A stretch of 5,550 nt of DNA. It comes from a virus. The translations under genes were made by a program, and so were the position numbers. A model generated the notes under the pieces. The model saw only the letters and a program-made list of their open reading frames with translations, had not been told where the DNA came from and did not search any database. Numbering within the stretch: the first letter of the stretch is position 1; each line of letters opens with the position of its first letter. Below, piece after piece: positions 4,673 through 5,550 of this stretch. The stretch is taken from the IMG/VR virus record IMGVR_UViG_3300045988_001679, positions 1-5,550 of that record; one strand, 5' to 3'.

Positions 4673-5550
4673 TTACAGTTTTTCCAGACCCGGCACGCTG
4701 TACAGCGGCATGCAGCGAGTGGTTTTGTTCATTACCCTGATTGCCCCGAAGAACTGCGGTTCGTTCTGGACGATTAAAGTTCTTGCGATTTCTGTTTTGT
4801 CCTCGTTCATCCACTCTTGGCTCAGTGTCGGCACGGTGCTGTAGTTGTCCGCATAGTGCCAGAAGTCTAGCGTGCCTTCTGCATTGCTCCGCATTTTACC
4901 GCTTACCCGGTTAGGCTTCATTCGGTAGTCTGCCCAGGCTTCCTGGTAGCCGAACGTTTCATTATCTGTGCTTGTGCCGGTCAGCATGATTTCTTTCTTT
5001 TTGACAGGCTGTTCGCCCAGATTTGCAAACTGCGGGAAGTAGTAGTCCAGTCTGTCACTGCGGCTCCAGAATCGTTCCAAGCCTTGCTGATAGCTGTGAT
5101 TATGGCGAACACACATAACACCGATAACAAACCCGTGTTCCTCAAAGCTTTTTGTGAAGCTGCTTTCGTTAATCGGTGTGACAGACATTGCACCGGTTTC
5201 ACCGATAGGCGTATCGTCTGCGGTCTGCTGCCCGCTGGTCTGTACGATTTGGTTGATGTTTACATGATAGCGTCCGCCACCCAGATACTCCGGCACCTGA
5301 ACCGTTTTATCGCTGATGCTTACGCCAAACAGTGTTCGTACCTGTTCACGGTATCGGCTGCCTCCACGGGCCAGTGCTTCATAGTAGTGCTGAACTGCAA
5401 ATGCCTGACGCAGCTGGTTGATTGTTGCGGCTTCGATTCCCGTTAGGTCTGCTCCCAGATGTCCGTTTTTGATTCCGTCATTGAACGATATCCCGGGTTT
5501 GGTTGTTTCTCCGGGTGATGACACGCTTGTTGCATTGAAGTTTGCCCCAA
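4673..5550 (-). CDS. Major capsid protein VP1, C-terminal part (stop TAA at 4675-4673). Bases 5452-5550 duplicate 1-99. The full gene is 1647 nt / 548 aa across the junction.
   Basis: Track ORF 4673..5524 (the GTG 'start' is an internal Val codon). Conserved gokushovirus VP1 C-terminal blocks: [107 protein letters not shown]. Confidence 0.93.
   Translation of the reverse strand, partial: GANFNATSVSSPGETTKPGISFNDGIKNGHLGADLTGIEAATINQLRQAFAVQHYYEALARGGSRYREQVRTLFGVSISDKTVQVPEYLGGGRYHVNINQIVQTSGQQTADDTPIGETGAMSVTPINESSFTKSFEEHGFVIGVMCVRHNHSYQQGLERFWSRSDRLDYYFPQFANLGEQPVKKKEIMLTGTSTDNETFGYQEAWADYRMKPNRVSGKMRSNAEGTLDFWHYADNYSTVPTLSQEWMNEDKTEIARTLIVQNEPQFFGAIRVMNKTTRCMPLYSVPGLEKL
5452..5550. repeat. 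Second copy of the terminal redundancy (same bases as 1-99)
   Basis: See the 1-99 feature. Confidence 0.9.

Noticed and set aside
4620-4814. Minus-strand 64-aa basic ORF spanning the VP1 end / VP2 start
   Set aside because: GTG start without RBS, alternate frame across the VP1-VP2 junction, no motif. Probably fortuitous.
18-5446. All plus-strand ORFs in the supplied track (18..221, 762..989, 868..1137, 1127..1366, 1134..1337, 1405..1653, 1628..1864, 1828..2064, 1895..2374, 3098..3289, 3855..4085, 4086..4325, 4246..4443, 4421..4777, 5084..5446)
   Set aside because: Each lies antisense to a well-supported minus-strand gene (VP1, VP2, VP4, peptidase or the small-ORF chain). They have low-complexity Leu/Phe/Cys-rich translations, several use TTG/GTG starts, and none has a convincing RBS. 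Microviridae encode all genes on one strand.

Overview
The window holds one complete circular ssDNA microvirus genome (Microviridae, gokushovirus-like; VP1 is about 548 aa), opened inside the major capsid gene. Bases 1-99 are identical to 5452-5550, so the unit length is 5451 bp and the terminal repeat is a circular-overlap artefact. All credible genes lie on the minus strand, tightly packed and mostly translationally coupled. Reading along that strand the order is: sigma70-type promoter (2382-2354), M15 zinc peptidase (lysis candidate), a 34-aa micro-ORF, two small ORFans, a VP3-like 130-aa protein, VP1 major capsid (wraps the junction), VP2 pilot/minor capsid, VP4 rolling-circle Rep, then an 11-bp hairpin terminator (2776-2745). 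The roughly 375-bp non-coding region (2413-2788) is highly structured. It carries eight phased TTCAACA repeats (weak DnaA-box-like), one better DnaA-box-like 9-mer, a CTA/TAC triplet run, a GC-rich perfectly alternating purine-pyrimidine quasi-palindrome, a dif-like (XerCD-type) motif and an AT-rich tract. Plus-strand ORFs in the supplied track are antisense shadows. The most interesting points are the peptidase-based lysis module with no visible export route, the origin/attP-like non-coding region, and the chain of uncharacterised small coupled ORFs.
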